A program made the position numbers and the translations under genes. Positions 18,970 to 28,426 of a DNA stretch of 64,000 bases are shown here, piece after piece. Below the pieces are notes generated by a model. It was not told where the DNA came from. It saw only the letters and a list, made by a program, of their open reading frames with translations, and did no database searches. Origin of the DNA: an uncultured virus (IMG/VR IMGVR_UViG_2891407665_000020) (Duplodnaviria; Heunggongvirae; Uroviricota; Caudoviricetes); IMG/VR virus record IMGVR_UViG_2891407665_000020, one strand, 5' to 3'. Position 1 is the first letter of the stretch. Each line of letters begins with the position of its first letter.

Positions 18970-20415
18970 ATGCAACGAAAAAAATTAATAGCGGTAATTA
19001 CGGGCTGCGTTTTAACCCTTACAGGGTGTTCCGCTACAAGCAGCATCCAGAGTGATGCACTTTTTGCGAACTTTGATATAAAACCTGTTAAGAAGATTGA
19101 GGTTGAGCAGCTGCCCGCGCTCAACCTGTCAGGACCAGAGTATAAGCTTGCAGCAAATAAGCAGAAAAGCGAAGGTTATATTTCAAATGGCTCCACCACT
19201 ACATACGATTACAGCAGGCTGATAATTGTCGGAGACTCAAGAGCCTGCGGAATGTACACCGCTGTATCAGCTAAAAATACAAGCAATGAAAAAATCGTAT
19301 ACTCGACAAATAATAAGCTGGAATATTTCATTTGTAAGGTAAGCCAGGGATTTAGCTGGTTCTCCACTACGGCGAGTAATGAAGTCAAGAAAAATGCTGA
19401 CAATAACACGGCGGTCGTTGTGTGGCTTGGGGTAAATGATATTGCAGGCGGTGATGAGCAAGGGGCAAAGAATGCCGCGAAGAAGTATGCGGATAAATTG
19501 AACCAGAGCGCTAAAGCATGGAACAGTGATGTGTACGCTTTGTGCGTGACGCCTTCGAATCCAACAAGCAATAGTAAGCTTAATAAAAACACGCAGGCAT
19601 TTAACCGTACGCTGGAAGAAAAGCTTGATAAAAGCGTTACATTTTTAGACAACTATGACAAGATTCTTGAGAAGTTAAAATCAGGCGAATACAAGACAGA
19701 TGCATCTGGAATACATTATCAGCAAGACTGCTATCGCGATATTTATAGCTTTATTAAATCCAGTGTGGGCAGTATTGGGAATAAGTCTGCTGACAGCGCC
19801 GGAGATATTGACAGCCTTACAGGTCTCCCTGAAGATGCATTCTTTTTCACGAAGTGGGAATCCGGGCAGGAAGGCTATGCGCAGGCTGGGGGTGATAACG
19901 GCAAAGCTTACGGAAAATACCAATTCGATTACAGATATTCTGCGATACCATTTGCGGCTTATTGCTATACACAGGATAAAGAGAACGGGACAAATTTTTA
20001 TAAAAAACTGCACGAGTTCCGCAATTATAGCACAGGTGACCTTGCCCCAGGGACAGAGGGTTCAGGTAAGTTTACTAAGGCATGGAAAGCGACTTACGAG
20101 GAAAGCCCAAAGGAGTTTAAAGCAGCACAGGACGCTTTTGCTTATGCCCAATACTATCAGCCGGTGCATGATAATTTAGTTAAACACGGCATTGACGTTG
20201 ATAAGCGTGCAGATGTTATTAAGGGGGTTCTCTTTTCATACTCGATACAGCACGGCTCGCTTACAGCGGCTAATAATATTAAAGGCGCTGTCAATAATGC
20301 CATGTCTGACGCAGAGTTCATAAAAGCCGTATACAGTGACAGGATGAACCGATATCCTGCTTACAGCTCACGGTATACAGAGGAACGTGATACGGCGCTT
20401 AAAATGCTTAAGTGA
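18970..20415 (+). CDS. Lipoprotein: SGNH/GDSL esterase fused to a lysozyme-like (VgrG3-C-type) muramidase domain
   Basis: Lipobox LTLTGC; SGNH blocks VGDSR, WLGVND and DASGIH; C-terminal KWESG...GGDNGKAYGKYQF...SIQHG...RYTEE. Confidence 0.75.
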   Translation: MQRKKLIAVITGCVLTLTGCSATSSIQSDALFANFDIKPVKKIEVEQLPALNLSGPEYKLAANKQKSEGYISNGSTTTYDYSRLIIVGDSRACGMYTAVSAKNTSNEKIVYSTNNKLEYFICKVSQGFSWFSTTASNEVKKNADNNTAVVVWLGVNDIAGGDEQGAKNAAKKYADKLNQSAKAWNSDVYALCVTPSNPTSNSKLNKNTQAFNRTLEEKLDKSVTFLDNYDKILEKLKSGEYKTDASGIHYQQDCYRDIYSFIKSSVGSIGNKSADSAGDIDSLTGLPEDAFFFTKWESGQEGYAQAGGDNGKAYGKYQFDYRYSAIPFAAYCYTQDKENGTNFYKKLHEFRNYSTGDLAPGTEGSGKFTKAWKATYEESPKEFKAAQDAFAYAQYYQPVHDNLVKHGIDVDKRADVIKGVLFSYSIQHGSLTAANNIKGAVNNAMSDAEFIKAVYSDRMNRYPAYSSRYTEERDTALKMLK

Positions 20416-20418
20416 GTA

Positions 20419-21216
20419 TTGAGTGAAGCATTAGCAGAAACCAGAAAGTTGTGGCAAGACCAGGGGGTGTTTATGTCTTATAAAAAGGAATCAAACAAGA
20501 CTCTGAAAGAGTATTATAAAACGCATTCGATTGAGGACACAATTCGTGTAGCGAAAACAATGCTTTATTCAGATTCTTATAAGGACATTAAGGCTTTTAA
20601 TGCGCATGTTCATGGTGAGATCTGTGAAACAGTATTAGAACTTCTGGTTATGGATTATATGAAGAAAAATCCTGTAAAAACGAAAGAGTGGTTCTATTCG
20701 AAAGGCTTGATAATTAAAGATATTGACAACCCATCTAACGGATATTTTACAGAGCTTGACCTTACAGTGTTTACCCCGCAGAAGATTTTTGCCTTCGAGT
20801 GTAAATCATATGGCGGGGATAAGAAAATTACACAAAAATGTATGATACAGAAAAAGAAAGGCGGTAGGTTTGACGTATATGCACAGCACGAGAAGCACGC
20901 GCGGGTACTTGCAAAACAGTTAAAAGCATTTAGGAAATCCCTGTACACAGATAAGCCCGCTTACCAGCTCGTGCTTTTCGATTTTGCTACCGGAACTACT
21001 GAGGATGTACGCACATCAGCCAATAAGCTGATTATGCCATGCCTGAATGAGGCAAACGTGCTGAATATCTTTAGCGTTTATGAGGATGGACCTGTGATTT
21101 GGAATATGGAATATTTAAGCAGGGCTATAAAAATAATAGAGCGGAAACATGACAGTTATGCTAAAAAGCATTTAAGCTATGTGCGTAAGCTTAATGCAAA
21201 CAGGAGGAATGTATGA
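20419..21216 (+). CDS. NERD-domain (PD-(D/E)xK) nuclease-like protein
   Basis: GEICE...TELDLTVFTPQKIFAFECKSYGG...QHEKH matches the NERD pattern. Confidence 0.75.
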   Translation: MSEALAETRKLWQDQGVFMSYKKESNKTLKEYYKTHSIEDTIRVAKTMLYSDSYKDIKAFNAHVHGEICETVLELLVMDYMKKNPVKTKEWFYSKGLIIKDIDNPSNGYFTELDLTVFTPQKIFAFECKSYGGDKKITQKCMIQKKKGGRFDVYAQHEKHARVLAKQLKAFRKSLYTDKPAYQLVLFDFATGTTEDVRTSANKLIMPCLNEANVLNIFSVYEDGPVIWNMEYLSRAIKIIERKHDSYAKKHLSYVRKLNANRRNV

Positions 21217-22034
21217 ACAACTTAACAAAAATCAGGGCTGTGTGGTCTAACCTGGAGGATAACTATAAACGTTACTGCAAGGAGGAGACAGCTCTTACGA
21301 GAGAGGAATACCTTAAAACCTTACTGGCATTTGAGTGTGGGAAACCGAACCTTACGCTAGTAAGAAGCGTTTTAGGAAATGAGATTAACACGTACAGTGG
21401 AGATGATGCAAAAGCATATGACGCCCTGTTTAGCACAATGGAGCGTGTGGGGAAAGCGCTGGTTGACAATGCAGATATAATAAGCAATCTAGATGAATTT
21501 TGCTATATGACAATAGACAGTAAGCCTGCCGATAAGAATAAAAGACAGGTCAGCATAGTGCTGTCTGATTATAATTTTTATTCAGTATACAGCTGTACGC
21601 CAATACAGGCAGCCCTTGCTGCCGGTGCATTTACAGATTATGCAGGTGAGGGTGATGAGTACTATTCTGTGGACACGCAGGGCGATTTCTACAAATACTT
21701 TAAAAATTCACAGTCGGTGGCTCTATTTATCTATAAATACCGAAAAGATGACATAGAACATACTGTATTTAATGACAAGGTATATGCCATCCTGATAGAG
21801 CTTGTGAAACGTAAGAGTGGGATTGAAGACTTCAGCATAATAGCGCCTGAGTTGTATGTATACCAGAATAACCGTGTTACTATTGGTGGTGCCGTATACA
21901 AGCTACCTGGGAATAAGGCAGTCGAGGCGCTTAAATTTGAGGATAAATACTGCACAGGCATCGAAGTATCTTTCTTTAGGAAAACACTTAACACGGCAAG
22001 GGGTCGCAAAGAAGATGTGATCTTTGTGAGATAG
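21213..22034 (+). CDS. Hypothetical protein
   Basis: 273-aa ORF, AGGAGG RBS, ATGA overlap. Confidence 0.8.
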   Translation: MNNLTKIRAVWSNLEDNYKRYCKEETALTREEYLKTLLAFECGKPNLTLVRSVLGNEINTYSGDDAKAYDALFSTMERVGKALVDNADIISNLDEFCYMTIDSKPADKNKRQVSIVLSDYNFYSVYSCTPIQAALAAGAFTDYAGEGDEYYSVDTQGDFYKYFKNSQSVALFIYKYRKDDIEHTVFNDKVYAILIELVKRKSGIEDFSIIAPELYVYQNNRVTIGGAVYKLPGNKAVEALKFEDKYCTGIEVSFFRKTLNTARGRKEDVIFVR

Positions 22035-22042
22035 GAGGCGCT

Positions 22043-22825
22043 ATGTCTTTCGAGTCTATGGTTCGGAGCGGCATCCAGAAAATTTATGAAGAGGATTATG
22101 ATTCGCAATTATTTTATGTGAAGGAGATTTGTGATGGGATACGTAAGATAGACAGCCAGATAATTTTTGATGTCAATGGCTTCTTTGTGCCAAATGATGA
22201 GTATGTAAAAAGATACTTTCCCCACGGCATAGAGGATGCGGAGTATGGGATGTATTCCGCAACTGGGGTGTGCTACTGGAATAACGTACTTGTGTTGCCG
22301 GTCACTAATGTTGTAGGGGATATCGTAGGACTTGCCGGGTATAACCCATTTCACCATTTAGAAGCAAAGGAAGACGAGAGCTTGTTATTGAATTATTATA
22401 CGTATTCCATGAAGTCCGTATTTAAGAAAGGGGATTTCTTATACTGTAAGCCGGGTGTTTACAAGCAGGCATTGCATCAGGGTTACCTGATTATAACAGA
22501 TGGTATTTTTGATACATTATCTTTGACTGCGGCAGGGTATCTGAGCGCCGCCCTGCTCGGCTCTGTCATAACTGATGTTGTTGCTGCACAGTTAAGGTTT
22601 ATCAAGAAAATAATTGTCGCTGTGGATAATGACGAGGCGGGTAATTTATTATTTGACAGGATTTCCAGGTTCCACCGTGGAACGGTCTTTTTAAAGCAAG
22701 GAAAACAGAAAGATGCTGATGATATTTTAAAAACAGGCTATCGCTGCGGGTATCTGCGTACGCTCGATAAGTGTATTTCCAATGAACTTAGTTTATCATA
22801 TGTATTCAGCCCTAAACGAGCCTGA
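22043..22825 (+). CDS. DnaG-like primase core (TOPRIM), without zinc finger or helicase-binding domain
   Basis: NVLVLPV...GDIVGLAG, FKKGDFLY, IITDGIFDTLSL, ALLGS, AVDNDEAG, KDADD. Confidence 0.8.
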   Translation: MSFESMVRSGIQKIYEEDYDSQLFYVKEICDGIRKIDSQIIFDVNGFFVPNDEYVKRYFPHGIEDAEYGMYSATGVCYWNNVLVLPVTNVVGDIVGLAGYNPFHHLEAKEDESLLLNYYTYSMKSVFKKGDFLYCKPGVYKQALHQGYLIITDGIFDTLSLTAAGYLSAALLGSVITDVVAAQLRFIKKIIVAVDNDEAGNLLFDRISRFHRGTVFLKQGKQKDADDILKTGYRCGYLRTLDKCISNELSLSYVFSPKRA

Positions 22826-22973
22826 GTAAACAGAGACGGCAAAGAGCCTTTAGTGAACAATAGTGTTTGTAAGAGATGTTGCCAATAGAAGCATAAAGCT
22901 GTTTTAGAGAGAGTTTATCTTTATACCAAATTAATGCATGGGATGAAAGGTACCGTGTATTCACATTGTAAAC

Positions 22974-22979
22974 TATAAT
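22974..22979 (+). promoter_or_regulatory. -10 element (TATAAT) upstream of the 23007 gene; no canonical -35
   Basis: Perfect TATAAT in a 180-bp intergenic region, about 28 bp before the ATG. Confidence 0.4.
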
Positions 22980-23006
22980 ACAGAAAGAAAGACGAGGTTG
23001 CAAATT

Positions 23007-24377
23007 ATGACACTGAAAGAATTCAAAGAAAAAGCAAGTCAGGGAAAGGTAAGTATGGGAAGCCAGTTGGCAATGCGCAACGAGAATATTCAGGCACGTA
23101 AAAGGGTAAATCAGTACACAAAGCTGAAACGTGAGAAGAGCAAGGTGTGCCGGCTCCTTGTGCCAAAGGAGATAGCGCTGGATTTTGACCCAATGACTGG
23201 CAGTGTAACGGATGAGTTCAATGCGGACAGGAAGTTCCGCCCACTTATGGCGCCGTCGGAATTAGCGCTTATTCTGAAGGAAATTGCGGATAGCGTCCCA
23301 GAAACAAAAGAACGGTTAATGTCCCGGTCAGGAGTGGAAGAATGGGACACATCGAATTTTTCCGAGTTGACTGAGGTGGATAAAGCCGTGTTCCGCCCTT
23401 ATCTTTATCCGGTTATTTACACAATCCCGGTATTTAACACGACATTAAAGACTATGTCCAGGAATAGTTATGGCGCAAGCTTTATTATTAAGGTAGACCG
23501 TGACCCTATCACTAATCGTGTGATTGGCGAGACTCCGCTTCCGTTGCAGGCAAATTACTTTTTCCGTGCCGTAGCGCAGGAGGAGATTTCTGAGCTGAAG
23601 AGCCGTGTAGAAAAAGGAGAGGAAGACCTGACGGACAAGCAGCTGACAGATAAGATCCGGCAGATCAACGATGCAAGAGTATTAGTGTCCAGCGAGTTCC
23701 CGTCTAACTGGGTCAGGGTTATTGAGGTGCCGTTGAACCCAACGGATATGAGTATTGACCCATCATTTAAAGTGGGCACAGTGACTAATGAGAGTATGCC
23801 AGATTTTGTGCGGCTGTCACGATACACTTCTGAGTTAAGGGAAACGATTCTTAAGTTCCGTACAGGGGCTTGGAAGAACAAGGACGTCAACTTCGATTTT
23901 TATGAATTTGATATGGTGTGCCCAACCACTGGTGATAAGCCTGCTGATGTTGGCAGGGCTACCAGGTATGAGAAACCGGAAATGTCTATTTCGGAGCAGG
24001 AAGGCTTCGCTAAATTTATAGATGTTTACCGTGAAGCATTCGGAAAGGATGAGTATGCCGAGCAGACGGTATTGACGTCTACCTACTTCAAGAATTACGA
24101 CAGCAGCGTGGAGAAGAAACTTTTGGAGGCTCTGAGTCTTGAGATTGATTTAGCAAACAGGTATGTCACGGAAGAGGTCCTGATTAATAACCAGGAGTTC
24201 ATCACTACTGTTTTCGGGGAGCAAGGTGATGAGATTTTGCTGCAGGCCGAGATGGGAATTTCTGGCAAGAGTAAGGGAAATTTTAATCCTGCAAAGGCTG
24301 AGGAACCCACTTACGACCTGAATGAGATGACAAGTTTCGATGATGTTGATTTGGATATGGATGAAATAACTGAGTAA
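23007..24377 (+). CDS. Hypothetical protein with acidic C-terminal tail; candidate ssDNA-binding protein
   Basis: About 456 aa with its own promoter-like site and terminator; ends in FDDVDLDMDEITE; lies between the primase and SbcCD genes. The ORF is solid, the function is speculative. Confidence 0.6.
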   Translation: MTLKEFKEKASQGKVSMGSQLAMRNENIQARKRVNQYTKLKREKSKVCRLLVPKEIALDFDPMTGSVTDEFNADRKFRPLMAPSELALILKEIADSVPETKERLMSRSGVEEWDTSNFSELTEVDKAVFRPYLYPVIYTIPVFNTTLKTMSRNSYGASFIIKVDRDPITNRVIGETPLPLQANYFFRAVAQEEISELKSRVEKGEEDLTDKQLTDKIRQINDARVLVSSEFPSNWVRVIEVPLNPTDMSIDPSFKVGTVTNESMPDFVRLSRYTSELRETILKFRTGAWKNKDVNFDFYEFDMVCPTTGDKPADVGRATRYEKPEMSISEQEGFAKFIDVYREAFGKDEYAEQTVLTSTYFKNYDSSVEKKLLEALSLEIDLANRYVTEEVLINNQEFITTVFGEQGDEILLQAEMGISGKSKGNFNPAKAEEPTYDLNEMTSFDDVDLDMDEITE

Positions 24378-24378
24378 T

Positions 24379-24414
24379 GCACTGGGTGGTGTAAAAGCCA
24401 CCCAATGCCTTTTA
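24379..24414 (+). terminator. Intrinsic terminator
   Basis: GCACTGGGTGGT / GCCACCCAATGC stem then CTTTTA. Confidence 0.65.
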
Positions 24415-24494
24415 TGTGTGTTCCAGGGCCGATAGGGCAGCCCAGTGCCAGAGTTAGAGGGCAAGGTGCTGGGTACTGTGTAGAGAGGGCATTA

Positions 24495-24528
24495 GAGGCA
24501 TTGGCGGCAGTCCGCCGGTGCCTTTTTT
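24495..24528 (+). terminator. Second intrinsic terminator in the same intergenic region
   Basis: GAGGCATTGGCGG-cagt-CCGCCGGTGCCTT then TTTT. Confidence 0.75.
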
Positions 24529-24570
24529 GTCGTTGACTATGTAGCCTCTGGCAGCTAGGAGGGTGTTTAT

Positions 24571-24828
24571 ATGATTACAAGTAAACAAGCCGCAAAGGTA
24601 ATTTATAAGAGGTTAGTCTATCTTATAGCACAGTCAGATTGGGATGACGGTAATACAGCATTGCAGATAAGGGCATTATTCACAACAATTTGTATTATTT
24701 GTGGTGTGGATGCAGATACCCCATCCTGTGATTACTTACTTAATCTAATCTATAAGAATCTGAGTATTGGCGGGGCTACAGTCGATTATGGTAAGTTCGA
24801 AAATTTTATGTTAGAGCTGATAGTGTAA
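24571..24828 (+). CDS. Small hypothetical protein
   Basis: 85 aa, AGGAGG RBS. Confidence 0.7.
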   Translation: MITSKQAAKVIYKRLVYLIAQSDWDDGNTALQIRALFTTICIICGVDADTPSCDYLLNLIYKNLSIGGATVDYGKFENFMLELIV

Positions 24829-26087
24829 TGGGAGGGGTGGATTTGAGTACAGAATGTGTAAGTGCTGAGAGTCAAAAAACGCGAGTCTGTCTGAAAGAGG
24901 TGCGGCTTATCAATTGCCAGGCTTATGAGGATGTGACCATACCTCTTGCAGATGATAAGCTGAATGTGTTAGTGGCAAATAACAGTGTTGGCAAAAGCAT
25001 CTTTTTTAAGATGCTGGATGTTACGGCATGTCCTGAAAAGTTTGACGCTGAAGACCGGAAAAATATTATCCGGCATGGGAAAGATTACGCGCAAGTAATG
25101 TTTTCTTTCTCAGATGGCGTGATTGCAGCCGTGCGGGTATTGGCAAGCCGAGTTATCTATTTTTACAAGGCGGCAGGTGAAAGTATATTCTATGCTTATG
25201 AGTCCGCGCCAGATTCCCTTTTAGAACACCTTGGGCTACTGGTTGATAAGCGCGAGGGGTTTATAGCGAATATCATGGACTCTGACCATGATTTACTGCT
25301 AGTAGATTCCAAGGAGAGAAGCAACCATAATGCCCTCAGGATGATTACTGAAAATGCACAGCTGAGTGGCCTCCAGGAATTGCTGGACAGGAAAGCAGCG
25401 GAAGCGTCAGAATTGAAACTTAAGGTGGAAGATAGATTTTCTTCAATTATGCAGCAGATGAAGGGTTACCGGTATGTTGATGAGAGCGCCTTGCAGGACA
25501 ATATCGACTCCTGCGAACTGTTATTCCGTATGGTATGCGTGCTTTCAGATGCAGAAGTTCATCTGCATAATATAATGTTCTTTACAAGGGACACAAAAAA
25601 TTATGACAGCCTTATTGAAGAAACAGAGCTGTACCAGAAGATACAGGATGCGGCGCAGATACTTATGCGGTATAAAACGCCGTCAGGGTTTAATGAAAAG
25701 GCGCTCTGGGTTGTCGAGCTTTGTGAGAAAATACAGGCTCTGCGAGATACAGCGCTTGGGTATAAAAAACCACGCAGATTTAATGAAAATACTTTTGTAG
25801 TCTGTGATATCTTAAGCGAATTAAGCAAGGCGAACGCAGGATTAACCCCTATCCCAGATAGTCCGAACTACAATGCCCTTGCGGAGATATTTAATATCTA
25901 TTCAAAAGCTGATAGAGTGCGGAGAGCTATGCAGGAGTACTGCAGACGCCATAAGTCTTGTATAAAAAGTTCTGATACTATTTCAGATATTGTTGGTTAT
26001 TTAAAAGAGAATAACACAGTACACCATTGTGAGATCTATGGGGAGGTATTATACGATGGAGAAACATGCATACCTGTTAATCTCTGA
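24828..26087 (+). CDS. sbcC: SbcC/Rad50-like ATPase, N-terminal half
   Basis: LKEVRLINCQAYED...LNVLVANNSVGKS Walker A, IIRHG..YAQV, then coiled coil ending in HHCEIYGE (hook-like). Confidence 0.75.
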   Translation: MGGVDLSTECVSAESQKTRVCLKEVRLINCQAYEDVTIPLADDKLNVLVANNSVGKSIFFKMLDVTACPEKFDAEDRKNIIRHGKDYAQVMFSFSDGVIAAVRVLASRVIYFYKAAGESIFYAYESAPDSLLEHLGLLVDKREGFIANIMDSDHDLLLVDSKERSNHNALRMITENAQLSGLQELLDRKAAEASELKLKVEDRFSSIMQQMKGYRYVDESALQDNIDSCELLFRMVCVLSDAEVHLHNIMFFTRDTKNYDSLIEETELYQKIQDAAQILMRYKTPSGFNEKALWVVELCEKIQALRDTALGYKKPRRFNENTFVVCDILSELSKANAGLTPIPDSPNYNALAEIFNIYSKADRVRRAMQEYCRRHKSCIKSSDTISDIVGYLKENNTVHHCEIYGEVLYDGETCIPVNL

Positions 26088-27129
26088 TTTGCATGATTCT
26101 TATAAGAAAAAAGAAAACAGATATAGCTATGAGGACGAGATACGTTTTGTTAAAAAGAAGCTAATTTCAGTTATACAAGATTTAAGCGGGAAGGGTCATA
26201 AGGTCTTTTTAATCTTTATGGGAGATGTATTTGACACAGGCTACAGAGATGTCTTTAGCTCAACGATAGCAAACAATTTCTTTATTTTCCTGCGCGGAAT
26301 GTGTGACGGGATGTATCTCCTGTTCGGGAATCATGAGCTGACCTATTATAGCGGTAATCCCATTTATACGCTAATTCAGAATATTGAGAGCGAAAAGGTC
26401 AGGGGAATACAGAATAAGATGTGGAAACCGCAAGGGTTATTCCAGACCTTTTCTGTTGTCGACCAGATTACTGACGGTGACACTGTAATACATTTTAACC
26501 ATTACGGCACCAGGCTGAGCAAACCGGTAAGTGGCAAGGTGAATATAGCGCTATACCACCAGGATGTTGTTTGCCCTGAGATACTTGAGGATATGCAGGC
26601 TCGCCAGAAACGTACGTTATATGGTTTTACTCTTAATAATTTTGATGACAGTGGAATCTTTGAGGGCATTGATTTTAATTTTTTCGGGCATATGCATTCC
26701 GTCTATGGCGAGTGGACGTGGGAATCTGCATGTACTGGATGGAAATCTAAATTACAGTATTTAGCGTCTCTTGGCAGACCAAACTATTTAGAAGTAAATA
26801 ATGATTTCCTTGAAAGGGATATGCCGGCAATTGTAGTGGAGGACGGAAAGTTCAGCGGTATCATACATAATAGATTCGTACTCCCAACTTATGAGGAATG
26901 CGTAAGGAGCGAGATAGTCGCCATTGAGAAAAAGAATTATGAATCCATCAAAGAGAGGAAGGAGATACGTTCGTATCTGCCAACATCAGATGACCCGGTC
27001 AGGAATTTGTATGAGAGATGTACAACTGCTGAGCAGCAGACAGTATTAAAAGAATTGCTTACAGTAGGTACAACTTCAGCTGAAAAAGAAATAAAAGAAA
27101 GAATCAGGGAGGTGCTGTACAGTGAATGA
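26056..27129 (+). CDS. sbcD: SbcD/Mre11-like metallophosphoesterase nuclease
   Basis: ISDLH, MGDVFD, GNHE, LYHQ, FGHMH motifs; GGAGG precedes the ATG at 26056. Confidence 0.85.
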   Translation: MEKHAYLLISDLHDSYKKKENRYSYEDEIRFVKKKLISVIQDLSGKGHKVFLIFMGDVFDTGYRDVFSSTIANNFFIFLRGMCDGMYLLFGNHELTYYSGNPIYTLIQNIESEKVRGIQNKMWKPQGLFQTFSVVDQITDGDTVIHFNHYGTRLSKPVSGKVNIALYHQDVVCPEILEDMQARQKRTLYGFTLNNFDDSGIFEGIDFNFFGHMHSVYGEWTWESACTGWKSKLQYLASLGRPNYLEVNNDFLERDMPAIVVEDGKFSGIIHNRFVLPTYEECVRSEIVAIEKKNYESIKERKEIRSYLPTSDDPVRNLYERCTTAEQQTVLKELLTVGTTSAEKEIKERIREVLYSE

Positions 27130-27424
27130 TATGACATTTGATATTGCGAAATTGAAAGAAAAACTGATTGAGGAGCGTGCAGTTCATGCCACAGAGGTAG
27201 CGGCAGCCCGTTCAGCCATGATAAAATTCAAAGAAGCCCTTAGCGGGATTACAGATGAGGATTATGAAAGAATGCGTATGCTTGGCTACCCTATAGATAT
27301 GTTACAGGGAATTGATACAGAGCGTTTCGAGAAGGATGGTGTATACGTGAGAGAAGTCCAGCAAGCTGTGTCTGAGCTGCTCGCGAAATTATACGAGCGG
27401 CTGGAGGCTGAGATAAATGGATAG
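27122..27424 (+). CDS. Small helical/coiled-coil protein
   Basis: 100 aa, GGAGG RBS, GTG start. Confidence 0.7.
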   Translation: MNDMTFDIAKLKEKLIEERAVHATEVAAARSAMIKFKEALSGITDEDYERMRMLGYPIDMLQGIDTERFEKDGVYVREVQQAVSELLAKLYERLEAEING

Positions 27425-28418
27425 GATTGCAGTCAGGGTTTCGAATGAAGCGATATTTGCCAAGTTTTTGTCTCTTACAGATAAAGAATATGTGGATGTG
27501 TTTTTCTCTAAAAATCAAGCATTCGCAGTGAATAACTCCTCAGAGGTCTTTGGGTACTTGCCGCTGGCGTGTGCCGGATGCAGCCAGGAGTCATTAATTT
27601 CGTGCAGGGTAAGCAGGACAGATTTAGCAAGGCTTGTTTCAGAGGGATTCCTTGTATTCTCTATTGCGGATGGCTGGGTGTCTATAGAGTTTATAGACAG
27701 CGAAAATAATAAGCTTTATACCCTAAAACTCAGAAACCAGCAAGTGCATAGTGAAGAATACCAGGACAAATTATTGCTTTTATCGCATGTTACCAAGGAT
27801 ATGTTTTTTGATGCGGATTGCCTGCGACCCATGTGTAAACTGATGAAAACATACAAAGCTGTGCTCACTATCGAGAACGGCGTCATCAGCGCCCCATTGC
27901 CTATGCGAGGCAAGATTTTCCAGGAAGTCGATACTGGCATAGCGTTTGCCTGTACAGCAGAAAAACTGGATATGCTATTATCCATCTCCGGCAGGATATT
28001 TAGCGCAGAAAATTATGCGGGAGCCAGCGCACAGGGGATCAGCATTCTAGTAACAAAATGCCGTGGGTTGGACAATAGTGAGTATGCATTATTTAAGGAA
28101 GCGAAGTCTGCATTTGTCTGCACATTGGATTTGCAGCGGCTGCGTTCGGTGATTGCTAAGTATGACAGGGATGACGGCGTCATAACCATTAATGTCCAAA
28201 AGCAGCATGCAATCCTGCAAAAGGGACGCGCACAGATTATTGTCCCAGTCCGTGTGTCCGATGTTCAGAGAAGTGCTAAATGTGATCTGGAAACGATAGA
28301 TATCCCGACTGACGCCCTGAAAAGGGTATTCAGTAAGCTCAGTAATTGCGTTTTTCGTTTCTCGCAGAAGAAATATGCAATGCTTTTTGAAGCCGAGGGT
28401 ATCGAGTTTTATCTTTAG
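27417..28418 (+). CDS. Sliding clamp (DnaN/beta-like), divergent
   Basis: 333 aa with three repeated beta-alpha-beta modules, of beta-clamp size; replication context with DnaX- and HolA-like genes. Confidence 0.5.
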   Translation: MDRIAVRVSNEAIFAKFLSLTDKEYVDVFFSKNQAFAVNNSSEVFGYLPLACAGCSQESLISCRVSRTDLARLVSEGFLVFSIADGWVSIEFIDSENNKLYTLKLRNQQVHSEEYQDKLLLLSHVTKDMFFDADCLRPMCKLMKTYKAVLTIENGVISAPLPMRGKIFQEVDTGIAFACTAEKLDMLLSISGRIFSAENYAGASAQGISILVTKCRGLDNSEYALFKEAKSAFVCTLDLQRLRSVIAKYDRDDGVITINVQKQHAILQKGRAQIIVPVRVSDVQRSAKCDLETIDIPTDALKRVFSKLSNCVFRFSQKKYAMLFEAEGIEFYL

Positions 28419-28426
28419 GGGGAATT

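Noticed and set aside
24420..24530. Known riboswitch or tRNA
   Set aside because: I could not match the consensus of any family I know; retained only as a candidate structured RNA.
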